In this document: positions 7,042-15,529 of the stretch, piece by piece | Numbering within the stretch: the first letter of the stretch is position 1 | How the letters are laid out: each line of letters starts with the position of its first letter | NCBI GenBank assembly: GCA_016840855.1 | Contig: JAEORO010000234.1 | Coordinates: 1-16,981, forward strand | Length of the DNA stretch: 16,981 nucleotides | Direction of reading: 5' to 3' | Origin: Candidatus Thorarchaeota archaeon | GTDB lineage: Archaea > Asgardarchaeota > Thorarchaeia > Thorarchaeales > Thorarchaeaceae | The notes under the pieces: model-generated | Databases searched by the model: none | The model's input: the letters and a program-made list of their open reading frames with translations, nothing else | Told to the model about the DNA's origin: nothing | Position numbers and translations under genes: made by a program

Positions 7042-9227
7042 TTGGACCGAACTCTGGTGAGATTCTCCAAGATTTTCATATAGACTTCTTTCTTGGGGCT
7101 TTTTGCTAGTTTTGAGAGCCGTTCTACGATGAGCTCAGGCGTGCTACGAGCAAGGATACCAAACTTGGGGGTTCTGTCTACAATGAGCTCCAAGTTCTCA
7201 TCAAGGCCTCTAGCTTCGATTCCATCCACCCTGATAGGAGCATTTGTCACTTCGTTTATCTCTCTGGCAAGATGACTACAGAGTACCGTCGAAGTCTTTG
7301 AGTCGCTTTGGAGGATTTCAATAAGACCGGCAATGACATTTGCAGCACTCCCAGGCTCAGTTATTGCTTCAACTTCATCAAATAATGCTAACTTTGCCTT
7401 ATCTGATACGACTATGTCAGCAAACTGCTTCAGAGTTGTTTCAAAAGCACCAGCACTCACCATGCCTCTACTCTTATAGAAGAAGTATAGTTCCTCAAAT
7501 ACAGGAAGATAAGCCTTCTTGGCAGGCACGGGTAATCCAGACTGAGCGAGTACGACGATTTGAGCAAGAGTCTGTATTGTCGTAGTCTTCCCACCACTAT
7601 TTGCACCTGAAAGGATGGCACAATTCTCTCCATTTGTGCCAGCTGGCTGATAGGGAGTCTTACCAATAGCATAATCTATCGGTTCAACAGCACTATGTCT
7701 TCCCTTTAGATGGCTCTCAGTCAAGAAGAGGTTGGTAGCGCCTTGCACACCAACTCCGGTGTATTCAAGCGATATTTCAGGTGTGTGCAATTCATAGTCA
7801 GTAGAGAATAGACCTACTGCAAGAAACAGGTCAAACTCGAGGAGCGTCTGAACAGCTTGCGTAACTGCCTCCTTAAGTTCATCAAGCTCATTTGCTAACT
7901 TCTTAATCAGCCGGAGCTGCTTGTCAGCGAATATGCGTCTGAGCTTGTCTTCAAGGTCATTGATTTGATTAGGGACCATTTCTATGGGAAGAACAATATC
8001 TTCGCTGATAATGCCAGTCACCCAGTCAGCCTCTCGAGCAGTGAGCCCTAGCATCTGTACTAGTTTGTCCTCCGCCTCCTGTACTGTAGTAGTGAAGGTT
8101 TCGACTATCTCAGCGGGCAACATATTTCTTAAAGCCCCGCCATCTGCACCTTCCATATCAGCAGACTGTAAAATGCTGATGATTTGTTGACCGCCAAGCG
8201 TGACCTTGCTCTTTGAGATTCGGGATGTAATCTCCTCGTTTAACCAAGATTCAGTTTCTGCTACAGCAGTTGGAAACAACTTCACCGCATTTCGATACCG
8301 GTCAAGCTCAGCATCAATTCCTGTAGTTAGATCCCCATTTTCATCTAAATTCCTGAGAATCTCACCTACCTTTGTGAGCTTGTCAAAATCTAGTCCAGAG
8401 GTGAAGGTTGTAACTGAGTCATTTGTTGGAATCTCATTGAATGCTTCTACAATTTGGCACGAGGCATCAATCACGCGATAGTTGCGAGAGTAGAAACTCA
8501 CAGTCTTTTCTGGTAGCACATCCTCTATAGACCAGTCCTTCCCTAAGATTTCTACATTGTCCAACAAGTCTATCGATTCATCATAGATTCCTAGGGGTGA
8601 GATGTAGAGGACTAAATCATAACCCTGAGCATAGTCAGCTGCGTTCTCGCCTTCAGAGATTAGATAAACAGGACACCATCTATCCACGCCATCCTTGATG
8701 AGATTGTCAAACACATTTTCATCATTTGTGATAATCACTCGACCTTCCAGTCGACGTGGCTTGACTCGTCGATAGAGACCTCTGACTTGACTTAGCAGGT
8801 TCCTCAATTTTTCGCGTTGATCATTTGTAAGCTGTCTAGCCATCTGAGCGGCATCTGCAAAATATTTCTGCCTTTCAAGAATGACAGCTAACTTCTCTGG
8901 AGGTAATGGGAAATAGAGGAATAGTTTGTCTTTCGCATAGGTCGTATTCGCATAACTCCGAATTATATCAAGACTTGATTCGTAGATTTTACGGATGTCC
9001 TGACTGCGAAGTAGCATGTTTGAGCTTGCACCAAATTCTTTCTCAAAAGCGCCTTTGACGAGATTGACTGCTTGTCTAGAACCAATGCCAGGTACCGCAG
9101 CCACAAGATCAACTCGTGAGTCATGAATCACTTTGAGGGCGAGAGTTTCACTTCCAAAGTGTTCAATCAGGGCTTCCTTAACTTTCTCACCTACGCCGGG
9201 TATTTCTGAAAGACTTTCTAGGGTCAA
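7038..9227 (-). CDS. mutS: MutS-family ATPase with N-terminal helix-hairpin-helix motifs (archaeal MutS5/MutS2-like, no Smr domain)
   Basis: Walker A GANSGGKTT, QSGLPVPA, SAGAFETTL, Walker B LFDEVEAITEPG and CSHL. Two HhH motifs: EIPGVGEK and AVPGIGSR. The longest ORF begins at 9326; TTG at 9227, preceded by GGGGA, is the more plausible start. Confidence 0.88.
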   Translation of the reverse strand: MTLESLSEIPGVGEKVKEALIEHFGSETLALKVIHDSRVDLVAAVPGIGSRQAVNLVKGAFEKEFGASSNMLLRSQDIRKIYESSLDIIRSYANTTYAKDKLFLYFPLPPEKLAVILERQKYFADAAQMARQLTNDQREKLRNLLSQVRGLYRRVKPRRLEGRVIITNDENVFDNLIKDGVDRWCPVYLISEGENAADYAQGYDLVLYISPLGIYDESIDLLDNVEILGKDWSIEDVLPEKTVSFYSRNYRVIDASCQIVEAFNEIPTNDSVTTFTSGLDFDKLTKVGEILRNLDENGDLTTGIDAELDRYRNAVKLFPTAVAETESWLNEEITSRISKSKVTLGGQQIISILQSADMEGADGGALRNMLPAEIVETFTTTVQEAEDKLVQMLGLTAREADWVTGIISEDIVLPIEMVPNQINDLEDKLRRIFADKQLRLIKKLANELDELKEAVTQAVQTLLEFDLFLAVGLFSTDYELHTPEISLEYTGVGVQGATNLFLTESHLKGRHSAVEPIDYAIGKTPYQPAGTNGENCAILSGANSGGKTTTIQTLAQIVVLAQSGLPVPAKKAYLPVFEELYFFYKSRGMVSAGAFETTLKQFADIVVSDKAKLALFDEVEAITEPGSAANVIAGLIEILQSDSKTSTVLCSHLAREINEVTNAPIRVDGIEARGLDENLELIVDRTPKFGILARSTPELIVERLSKLAKSPKKEVYMKILENLTRVRSK

Positions 9228-9400
9228 TGCATCGTCCCCCAAATATTGACTGTTTACTCTGCGATGATTAAGGCTTTCCTTAAAGTCTTGACTCTCGGAC
9301 TCACTGAAGTATAATGTACGCACCATGAAACTTTACTCCCTATTACAATCTGATATGATAGAGGGATAGAAGTTCTCCTACATTTTTCTCGTTCAGGAAA

Positions 9401-10384
9401 TTAATAGCCAAGTTCGAGGTCTATTTTGTTCATTGGAGTTTCACCATTAATGAATCGGAGGATATTTTCTGCTGCAAATAGGTACAATTGTTGTTCGATA
9501 TGTTCAGAGTAGGCTGCTCTATGAGGAGTTATTACTATGTTATCGAGCTCGTGGAATGGCACATCAGCTGGCGGGACTGCTGTTCCGCGCCATTTTGTGG
9601 GATATCTCCACCACACATCAATTCCTGCGCCGTGGATTCGCTTTTCCTTTAATACGTCATAGAGTGCCTGTTCGTCAATTATTTGGGCACGAGATATATT
9701 CACTAAGATGGCGGTGGGTTTCATCCATGAGAGAAACTCTCTATTGACAAGACCTTCGGATTCATTTGTTAAAGGCAAAGATAGGATGACAAAATCAGCA
9801 TCCCTGACAAAAGGTTGGACTTCATCAATTCTAACGACTTGGTCTACAAGATTATCATTTCTCGATGCTCCACTACGGGTAGCAGCGATGATTGAAATTT
9901 CAAAGAACTTCAATCTCTTAGCTATATCAGCTCCAATGTGACCCAATCCAATAATGAGCGCCTTTTTTCCTCGAATCTCAAGATTTGGTACAGGACCACC
10001 CCATCTATGAATCCAGTTTCCGCTTCTGAGTTCTCTATCACTGGGAATAAGGTTCTTAGCGACTGCCAGAAGCAGTGATATAGCAAATTCGGCCACTTCT
10101 GCAGAGTTGACATGATTGTTACAAACAATAATGTCACCACGCTCTCGTACAGCATTCAGATCGACTCCATCGATTCCAGCACCGAATGTTTGAATCATAC
10201 GAAGATTTGGCGCCTCCACAATGAATTCACTGGGTACGCGAACAGATGCAATAATTTCCACGTCCCCTCCGTTCTCAAGCATTGAATCGACAGATAGTTC
10301 CGATTGAACAACCTCAGCTTTGTCACCAAATGTTGTTCTGAAGATTTCTGCAAGTTTGTCGGGGTAAGGGACCAGTACCTTCAT
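9401..10384 (-). CDS. D-isomer-specific 2-hydroxyacid dehydrogenase
   Basis: GAGIDGVD, VAEFAISLLLA, Rossmann GLGHIG, LPLT, MKPTAILVNISR, GIDVWW and TPH. ATG at 10384 (MKVLV) is preferred over TTG at 10420. Confidence 0.93.
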   Translation of the reverse strand: MKVLVPYPDKLAEIFRTTFGDKAEVVQSELSVDSMLENGGDVEIIASVRVPSEFIVEAPNLRMIQTFGAGIDGVDLNAVRERGDIIVCNNHVNSAEVAEFAISLLLAVAKNLIPSDRELRSGNWIHRWGGPVPNLEIRGKKALIIGLGHIGADIAKRLKFFEISIIAATRSGASRNDNLVDQVVRIDEVQPFVRDADFVILSLPLTNESEGLVNREFLSWMKPTAILVNISRAQIIDEQALYDVLKEKRIHGAGIDVWWRYPTKWRGTAVPPADVPFHELDNIVITPHRAAYSEHIEQQLYLFAAENILRFINGETPMNKIDLELGY

Positions 10385-10451
10385 CCACTTAACTCTCAAG
10401 AGATATTCCTGATTTTCCAAATGTGCATCTAGAAAATCATGGACTTTTGCT

Positions 10452-11930
10452 CTAATAGGAGCGGGCTATATAAACGACCTCTTTGGCTACTTTTCCGCAA
10501 ACAACACAGACACCTTCATGTTTTTCATCAATATCGATTCTAGTTCCACGAATTACGCCACGTGTGTTTTTCTCAATCTCTTCTGCACAGGAATAGGCGT
10601 CCATCTCTATGGAACAGAAGGGGACTCTTGCAATCTTTCCGTGGTCTAGTGCGTCATCTATCTCTCCCAAGCGTTCTGCGTCGACGATGAGACCTTCAAA
10701 CTTGGCTTCAGCCATCCTGAGTAGGTTCGCATCAATCTCTTTTCCTAGAGCTACAACTCTCTTCTTCAGATCTTTCAGACTTACAGTTTCACGTTTCATG
10801 GTGTCTCTACGGAACAAGACGACACTACTCTGTTTGATATCGCGAGGTCCAGCTTCAATTCTTATGGGAACTCCTTTCATTTCCCAATAGTGATATTTCC
10901 ATCCTGGGGTATAATCGCTGTCATCAAGTTGAACACGAATTTCTGATTTCTTCAGCTGTTTCTTTACCTCCATGCAGTAGTTCAACACGGATTCAACATT
11001 CTTTCCCTTGACGATAGGTACAATCACTACTTGATAAGGAGCGACCTTGAAAGGCAGCCTGAGACCCTTATTGTCTCCATGAACAGAGATCATTGCACCA
11101 TATATTCTTGAGATGGCAGGTCCATAGCAGGTCTGCCACGCATGGACTATTTCATTGTCCTTGTTCAGATATTTTATCTCAAAGGCTCTGGCAAAGTTGT
11201 CACCCAAGTCGTGAGTTGAAGGCAGCTGAATGACTTTTCCATCAGGCATCAATGTGTCTGCTGCATATGTGTTCAAGCCACCAGGGAACTTGTCCCATTG
11301 GGTCCTTCTAAATACCATGACAGGTAGTCCAAAGTTATCTGTGCAGACTTCTTTTGAGGTTTCTAAATCTTCTATGACTTGTGCCTTTGCCTCCTCATGT
11401 GTAGCATAGACATTATGGCTCTCAATCCAGAGAAATTCTCTTCCACGGAGAAAGGGTCGAGTGCTCTTGACTTCTGATCTGAAAACAGAGCATCTTTGGT
11501 ATCTCTTCATGGGGAGATCGCGCCAGCTACGTACCCAAAGTGAATACATAGGATAGATGGCGGTTTCACTAGTAGGCCTAAGTGCAAGTCTCTCTTCCAG
11601 TTTTTCACCAGAGCCAATCTCTTCTATCCAAAAGACTTGAGGTGTGAATCCCTCGACATGCTGTGCCTCTTTTGTCAAATTGCTTTCAGGAATGACAGTG
11701 GGAAAATACATGGGGAGGTGGTCCTTTCGTTGAAGGACTTCTTCCAAGATCTCAAACATTAGATTCATGCTCATGAAGCTCCAAGGTGGAAATGGTGTGA
11801 ACCCCTTCACGCCATACCTGACGTCTGCAAGTTCAGCAACTCGGCAGATTTCAGTATACCAATCAGGAAAATTGTTCTCTTTGTCCATGTCAAAGATTAC
11901 AAGTTTAGTTTCGTCCTTTTCATTGCTCAT
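10452..11930 (-). CDS. proS: Prolyl-tRNA synthetase, archaeal/eukaryotic type
   Basis: LALRPTSET, motif 2 FRSE...PFLRGREFLWIESH, HAWQTCYG, anticodon domain PGWKYHYWEMKGVPIRIEAGPRD, C-terminal Cys cluster (CVVC) and terminal ARSY. Confidence 0.98.
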   Translation of the reverse strand: MSNEKDETKLVIFDMDKENNFPDWYTEICRVAELADVRYGVKGFTPFPPWSFMSMNLMFEILEEVLQRKDHLPMYFPTVIPESNLTKEAQHVEGFTPQVFWIEEIGSGEKLEERLALRPTSETAIYPMYSLWVRSWRDLPMKRYQRCSVFRSEVKSTRPFLRGREFLWIESHNVYATHEEAKAQVIEDLETSKEVCTDNFGLPVMVFRRTQWDKFPGGLNTYAADTLMPDGKVIQLPSTHDLGDNFARAFEIKYLNKDNEIVHAWQTCYGPAISRIYGAMISVHGDNKGLRLPFKVAPYQVVIVPIVKGKNVESVLNYCMEVKKQLKKSEIRVQLDDSDYTPGWKYHYWEMKGVPIRIEAGPRDIKQSSVVLFRRDTMKRETVSLKDLKKRVVALGKEIDANLLRMAEAKFEGLIVDAERLGEIDDALDHGKIARVPFCSIEMDAYSCAEEIEKNTRGVIRGTRIDIDEKHEGVCVVCGKVAKEVVYIARSY

Positions 11931-12057
11931 TATGTCATCCTCTGTTTTGTTTGTGATGCATGGAACTGGCTAGGAATGAGAATAAGTGGTTTAATGAAGT
12001 TTCGGAACATATTCACCTAGCACTAATATTCACCAAGATTCTGTTTTTAGTGGTGGC

Positions 12058-12065
12058 TATTTAAA
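12058..12065 (-). promoter_or_regulatory. TATA box candidate upstream of proS
   Basis: Minus strand TTTAAATA matches the archaeal TATA consensus, about 130 nt upstream of the proS ATG. Confidence 0.35.
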
Positions 12066-12082
12066 GGATTGGACAAGAAAAG

Positions 12083-12607
12083 TTACTTTTTCGTACGAAT
12101 TTCACCAACTTCTCGGATTCGTTCATCGAGTTTGTATTTCTTGATTAGTTCTACTACGCCTTCAGGGACAAGACTTTCCCATTCATTGTTACCCCATCGT
12201 ATCAAATCACGGATGTGGCTGGCACTATATGTTGACCTCTCAAGTAGTTTTGTCGAATCGGTCTTGATACCGCCATCCTCCAATAATCTCTTGACAAGTG
12301 GATTGTGGCTGTATGCTTTGTCAAAATAGGGCACAAAGGAGCGCATATGGCTAACCCAGAGCGGGTGAATATTGATGTCTGAGAGAGGAATTACAGTGAT
12401 CCTTTCAAGGGGAAGCTTCTCATCAATCAGGGCTTGCCGAATGAGCATCACTCTCTCTCCACCAGTGAAAGGATTATCAGGTGTGTGGGAGTATTGAGAA
12501 CTACCAACGACTATGATTATGTCTTCTTCCTTTGCCAAAATCTGCTTGATTGTATGAATATGGCCTATATGGATTGGCTGAAACCGCCCAATGAACAATG
12601 ACCTCAT
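12083..12607 (-). CDS. nadM: Nicotinamide-nucleotide adenylyltransferase (archaeal NMNAT)
   Basis: FIGRFQPIHIGH, GSSQYSHTPDNPFTGGER, WVSH, NPLV, YSASHIR and WESLVP. Confidence 0.96.
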   Translation of the reverse strand: MRSLFIGRFQPIHIGHIHTIKQILAKEEDIIIVVGSSQYSHTPDNPFTGGERVMLIRQALIDEKLPLERITVIPLSDINIHPLWVSHMRSFVPYFDKAYSHNPLVKRLLEDGGIKTDSTKLLERSTYSASHIRDLIRWGNNEWESLVPEGVVELIKKYKLDERIREVGEIRTKK

Positions 12608-12723
12608 TGTAACCGCTCTGGATTTGTCGCATATGATAAATAAGGGTTAGTACTTGGACGAATGATAAGTCTGAAGGAAGAAGTTCATAACGAGATTGAT
12701 TGATTACTCACAGGGTTCTGTGC

Positions 12724-13785
12724 ATGATTGAAATCGATGGCTCATATGGTGAAGGTGGAGGACAGATTCTACGAACAGCAGTTTCTCTGTCAGCACTGAC
12801 CATGAAGCCAATCCGGATTTCCAACATTCGCGCTGGTAGACCAAAACCAGGACTCAAACACCAACATATTGCTGGGATTGAAGTCACTGGAAAAATCGTT
12901 AATGCAAATATTAAGGGTCTAAAGGTTGGAAGTACAGTTGTAGAATTTGTGCCTCGTCAACGTTGTGGTGGTGGAGTGAACTATGATGTAGGTACTGCTG
13001 GATCGATTTCTCTCGTTCTTCAGGCTGCACTCCCACCTGCAGTATTATCACCAGAACCAATCAGTTTCAAGCTACGTGGCGGAACCGATGTGAAATGGAG
13101 CCCGCCAGTCGACTATCTACAGAATATCTTCGCGCACACTTTAGGGATCTTGGGACCTAAAATCGAGATTTTCCAAGGAAAACGTGGTCACTTTCCTCGA
13201 GGCGGCGGAAATGTCATTTGCAATGTAATACCCATAGATAGCATTAGATCCCTTGAGAGAGTTCAGTTTGGAGAGCTAACCGACGTAGGTGGAATATCTC
13301 ATTGTGTGCGCTTACCTGAGCATGTAGCAGAGAGGCAAGCATTGGCTGCAGGGGAGATTATTCTGCGACATCTCAAGATTGAACCACACATTGTTCGTGA
13401 ATCCTATCGTAAGGAGAAAGATACACATCTTGGACCAGGAAGTGGTATTGTGATTTGGGCTGAATCAGAGCACGGTTTCCGGATAGGTGCAGATGCACTT
13501 GGGGAACGTGGAAAGAGCGCAGAGGATGTTGGGAGCGAAGCAGCTTCTAAGCTCGTGACTGAAGTTTCAACAGGAATGACAATTGATTCTCATCTTTGTG
13601 ATATGCTTATTCCTTATCTTGCGGTGGCAAAGGGAACAAGTAAGATTGGTGTGACGAGCGTTACTTCCCATCTAACAACAAACATCTGGGCCGTAAAACA
13701 AATTCTAGGAACAAGAGTTGAATTACAGGGCAAAACTGGAGAGCCCGGAACTATTCTCATAGAAGGTATGGGGCTGTCACTCTGA
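12724..13785 (+). CDS. rtcA: RNA 3'-terminal phosphate cyclase
   Basis: MIEIDGSYGEGGGQILRTA, IRAGRPKPGL..QH, GGTDV.WSP, GHFPRGGG, and adenylated His in DSHLCD. Start ATG at 12724. Confidence 0.96.
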   Translation: MIEIDGSYGEGGGQILRTAVSLSALTMKPIRISNIRAGRPKPGLKHQHIAGIEVTGKIVNANIKGLKVGSTVVEFVPRQRCGGGVNYDVGTAGSISLVLQAALPPAVLSPEPISFKLRGGTDVKWSPPVDYLQNIFAHTLGILGPKIEIFQGKRGHFPRGGGNVICNVIPIDSIRSLERVQFGELTDVGGISHCVRLPEHVAERQALAAGEIILRHLKIEPHIVRESYRKEKDTHLGPGSGIVIWAESEHGFRIGADALGERGKSAEDVGSEAASKLVTEVSTGMTIDSHLCDMLIPYLAVAKGTSKIGVTSVTSHLTTNIWAVKQILGTRVELQGKTGEPGTILIEGMGLSL

Positions 13786-14829
13786 CAGAGATGCAAGATA
13801 ATCATCGATGGACTCTTGGAGAGACATCAGATCGACTTCTTCAACTGCTTTTCGAATCAGTTTCTCTACACCGATTCCCTCAGATGCTATGATCTCATGA
13901 CACTTAGGTAGAGTCTTTCTAGCCTCTTCGAGTTTCTCGGGAGGAGTAATGTCAATTTTATTCAGGACTATCAAAAGGGGGTTTATTGGGAACATCTTCT
14001 TGACTTCATTCAAGAGATTTAGCTGTTGATCAAATGTCCACCCACATGCTTCAGAGGGGTCAATCATGAATATGATTACATTTGCAAGGTACTTCAAAGC
14101 TGCAATAGCTTCGCGTTCAATCTCATTTCGCTTAGCCATCGGTCTGTCTAGGATACCAGGGGTGTCCACAATCTGTACGTTATGATTGTCAACTTTCAGA
14201 TGTCCGACAATTACACTTTTTGTAGTGAAGGGGTAATATGCAATCTCTGGCTCGGCTGTTGAAACCGCTTTCACGAGTGTTGATTTTCCTACATTTGGAA
14301 ATCCCGCGCAGACTATTGTTGGAGAGTCTGGCGTGATCCCTGGAAGTTTGGAGAGAATATTCTTTGCTTCAATTATGAAGTCCAGATTCGCGGCTGTTGC
14401 GCGGAGAATTGAGGAAATTCTTCCCTTTGCTGCACTCCTTGATTTTTTCATCTGGCGAAAATCATCAGCCAATTTGATAGCTTGTAAGTGTTTGTCTGTA
14501 ATGTCATCAATGGGAGGAATGCAGTTATAGACTGCGCCGAGGGATTGTTTTAGTTTATCATTCCCTACTAAGATATCAGATAACTCAGCATAGAAAGGAT
14601 GAAGTCGTTCCACTGATGGAAATTGCTCCACGGTCTCAGAGATCTTGGCCTTGACCTGCTTTGCGAACTCTTGCAGTCTAGCGACTTCTCTGATACGGCT
14701 ACGTTCAACCTTCTTCATCCGAAGCGAACTTTTCATGCTGAGTTTGGTAGAACGATTATGAGCAAACTCAATAATTTCCTCTGCTGTCATTATAGTTGGT
14801 ATATTTGCAAAGGGATTGAGTCTTCTCAT
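13777..14829 (-). CDS. nog1: Nog1-family (OBG-like) GTP-binding protein
   Basis: G1 GFPNVGKS, G2 YPFTT, G3 DTPG(ILDRP), G4 NKID, and N-terminal helical domain with LHPFY. ATG at 14829. Confidence 0.94.
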   Translation of the reverse strand: MRRLNPFANIPTIMTAEEIIEFAHNRSTKLSMKSSLRMKKVERSRIREVARLQEFAKQVKAKISETVEQFPSVERLHPFYAELSDILVGNDKLKQSLGAVYNCIPPIDDITDKHLQAIKLADDFRQMKKSRSAAKGRISSILRATAANLDFIIEAKNILSKLPGITPDSPTIVCAGFPNVGKSTLVKAVSTAEPEIAYYPFTTKSVIVGHLKVDNHNVQIVDTPGILDRPMAKRNEIEREAIAALKYLANVIIFMIDPSEACGWTFDQQLNLLNEVKKMFPINPLLIVLNKIDITPPEKLEEARKTLPKCHEIIASEGIGVEKLIRKAVEEVDLMSLQESIDDYLASLSE

Positions 14830-14871
14830 TTTATTCAAGCTCCATCAAGACAAGATAGGACAGTTCGCAAA

Positions 14872-14883
14872 CGTTTTAAAACG
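14872..14883. promoter_or_regulatory. Palindromic TATA element between divergent nog1 and psmB
   Basis: CGTTTTAAAACG is a perfect 12-bp palindrome centred about 48 nt from the nog1 ATG and about 56 nt from the psmB ATG. Confidence 0.6.
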
Positions 14884-14933
14884 AGCGGACGTGACCAACA
14901 CAGACTAACTCCCACTTTGGAGGCTTATTGATA

Positions 14934-15524
14934 ATGTCACTTCCAACCGGTGCAACTGTTGTCGGCATAAAATGCAGTGATGGCGTAGTAGTAGCTACTG
15001 ATTCATTAATTACTTGGGGCACGTTTGTCTTGACCGACAAGGGTGTTAAAGCATTCAAACTCACAGACACCATAGTTCTGGCATCCGCGGGTCTCACTTC
15101 GGATTATCAGATGCTGGTTAACAGATTAAAGGCGCAAATCAAACTCTATGAGTTAAATCAGAAAAAGGAAATCACTGTAAAGGCGCTCTCGAAGATGTTG
15201 GCAAATACTCTCTACGCAAGACGAATGGCACCTCTATATGTTCAGACTGTTGTGGTTGGAGTGGATGCTGAAGGACCTCAGCTTTTCACTTTGGATATGG
15301 GAGGGTCTCTAATTCCGGACGAGTTTACAGCAACAGGATCAGGGACAGCTCCAGCATATGGTGTTCTTGAGGATGGATACAGACCAACCTTGACCGTAAA
15401 GGAAGCTGAAGAAATCGCAATAAATGCGGTCAAAGCGGGCATCGCGAGGGATGCTCAGTCTGGCGGCGACATCCGTGTTATGAGCGTGACCAAAAGTGGC
15501 GTTGCTGAACGACTTGTTAACTAA
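14934..15524 (+). CDS. psmB: 20S proteasome beta subunit, probably non-catalytic (Ala at the Thr1 position)
   Basis: G-ATVVGIK..DGVVVATD, KAFKL, AG..SD.Q, GPQLFTLD..GS, ATGSG...AYGVLE and RDAQSGG. ATG at 14934 with GGAGG upstream. Confidence 0.96.
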   Translation: MSLPTGATVVGIKCSDGVVVATDSLITWGTFVLTDKGVKAFKLTDTIVLASAGLTSDYQMLVNRLKAQIKLYELNQKKEITVKALSKMLANTLYARRMAPLYVQTVVVGVDAEGPQLFTLDMGGSLIPDEFTATGSGTAPAYGVLEDGYRPTLTVKEAEEIAINAVKAGIARDAQSGGDIRVMSVTKSGVAERLVN

Positions 15525-15529
15525 AGCGC

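Noticed and set aside
9228-9400. MutS N-terminal extension to 9326, and a possible C/D-box sRNA
   Set aside because: The extension contains a BRE/TATA-like GAAAGCCTTAAT and an RBS before TTG 9227. The C-box matches are degenerate and the guide spacing is atypical.
12630-12675. Two ATGATAA copies and CTGA resembling a C/D-box RNA
   Set aside because: Only 2 nt separate the second C-like box from CTGA, leaving no guide. They are better explained as divergent promoter sequence.
13777-13785. Convergent 9-nt overlap of rtcA and nog1 3' ends
   Set aside because: Common in compact archaeal genomes and not informative by itself.
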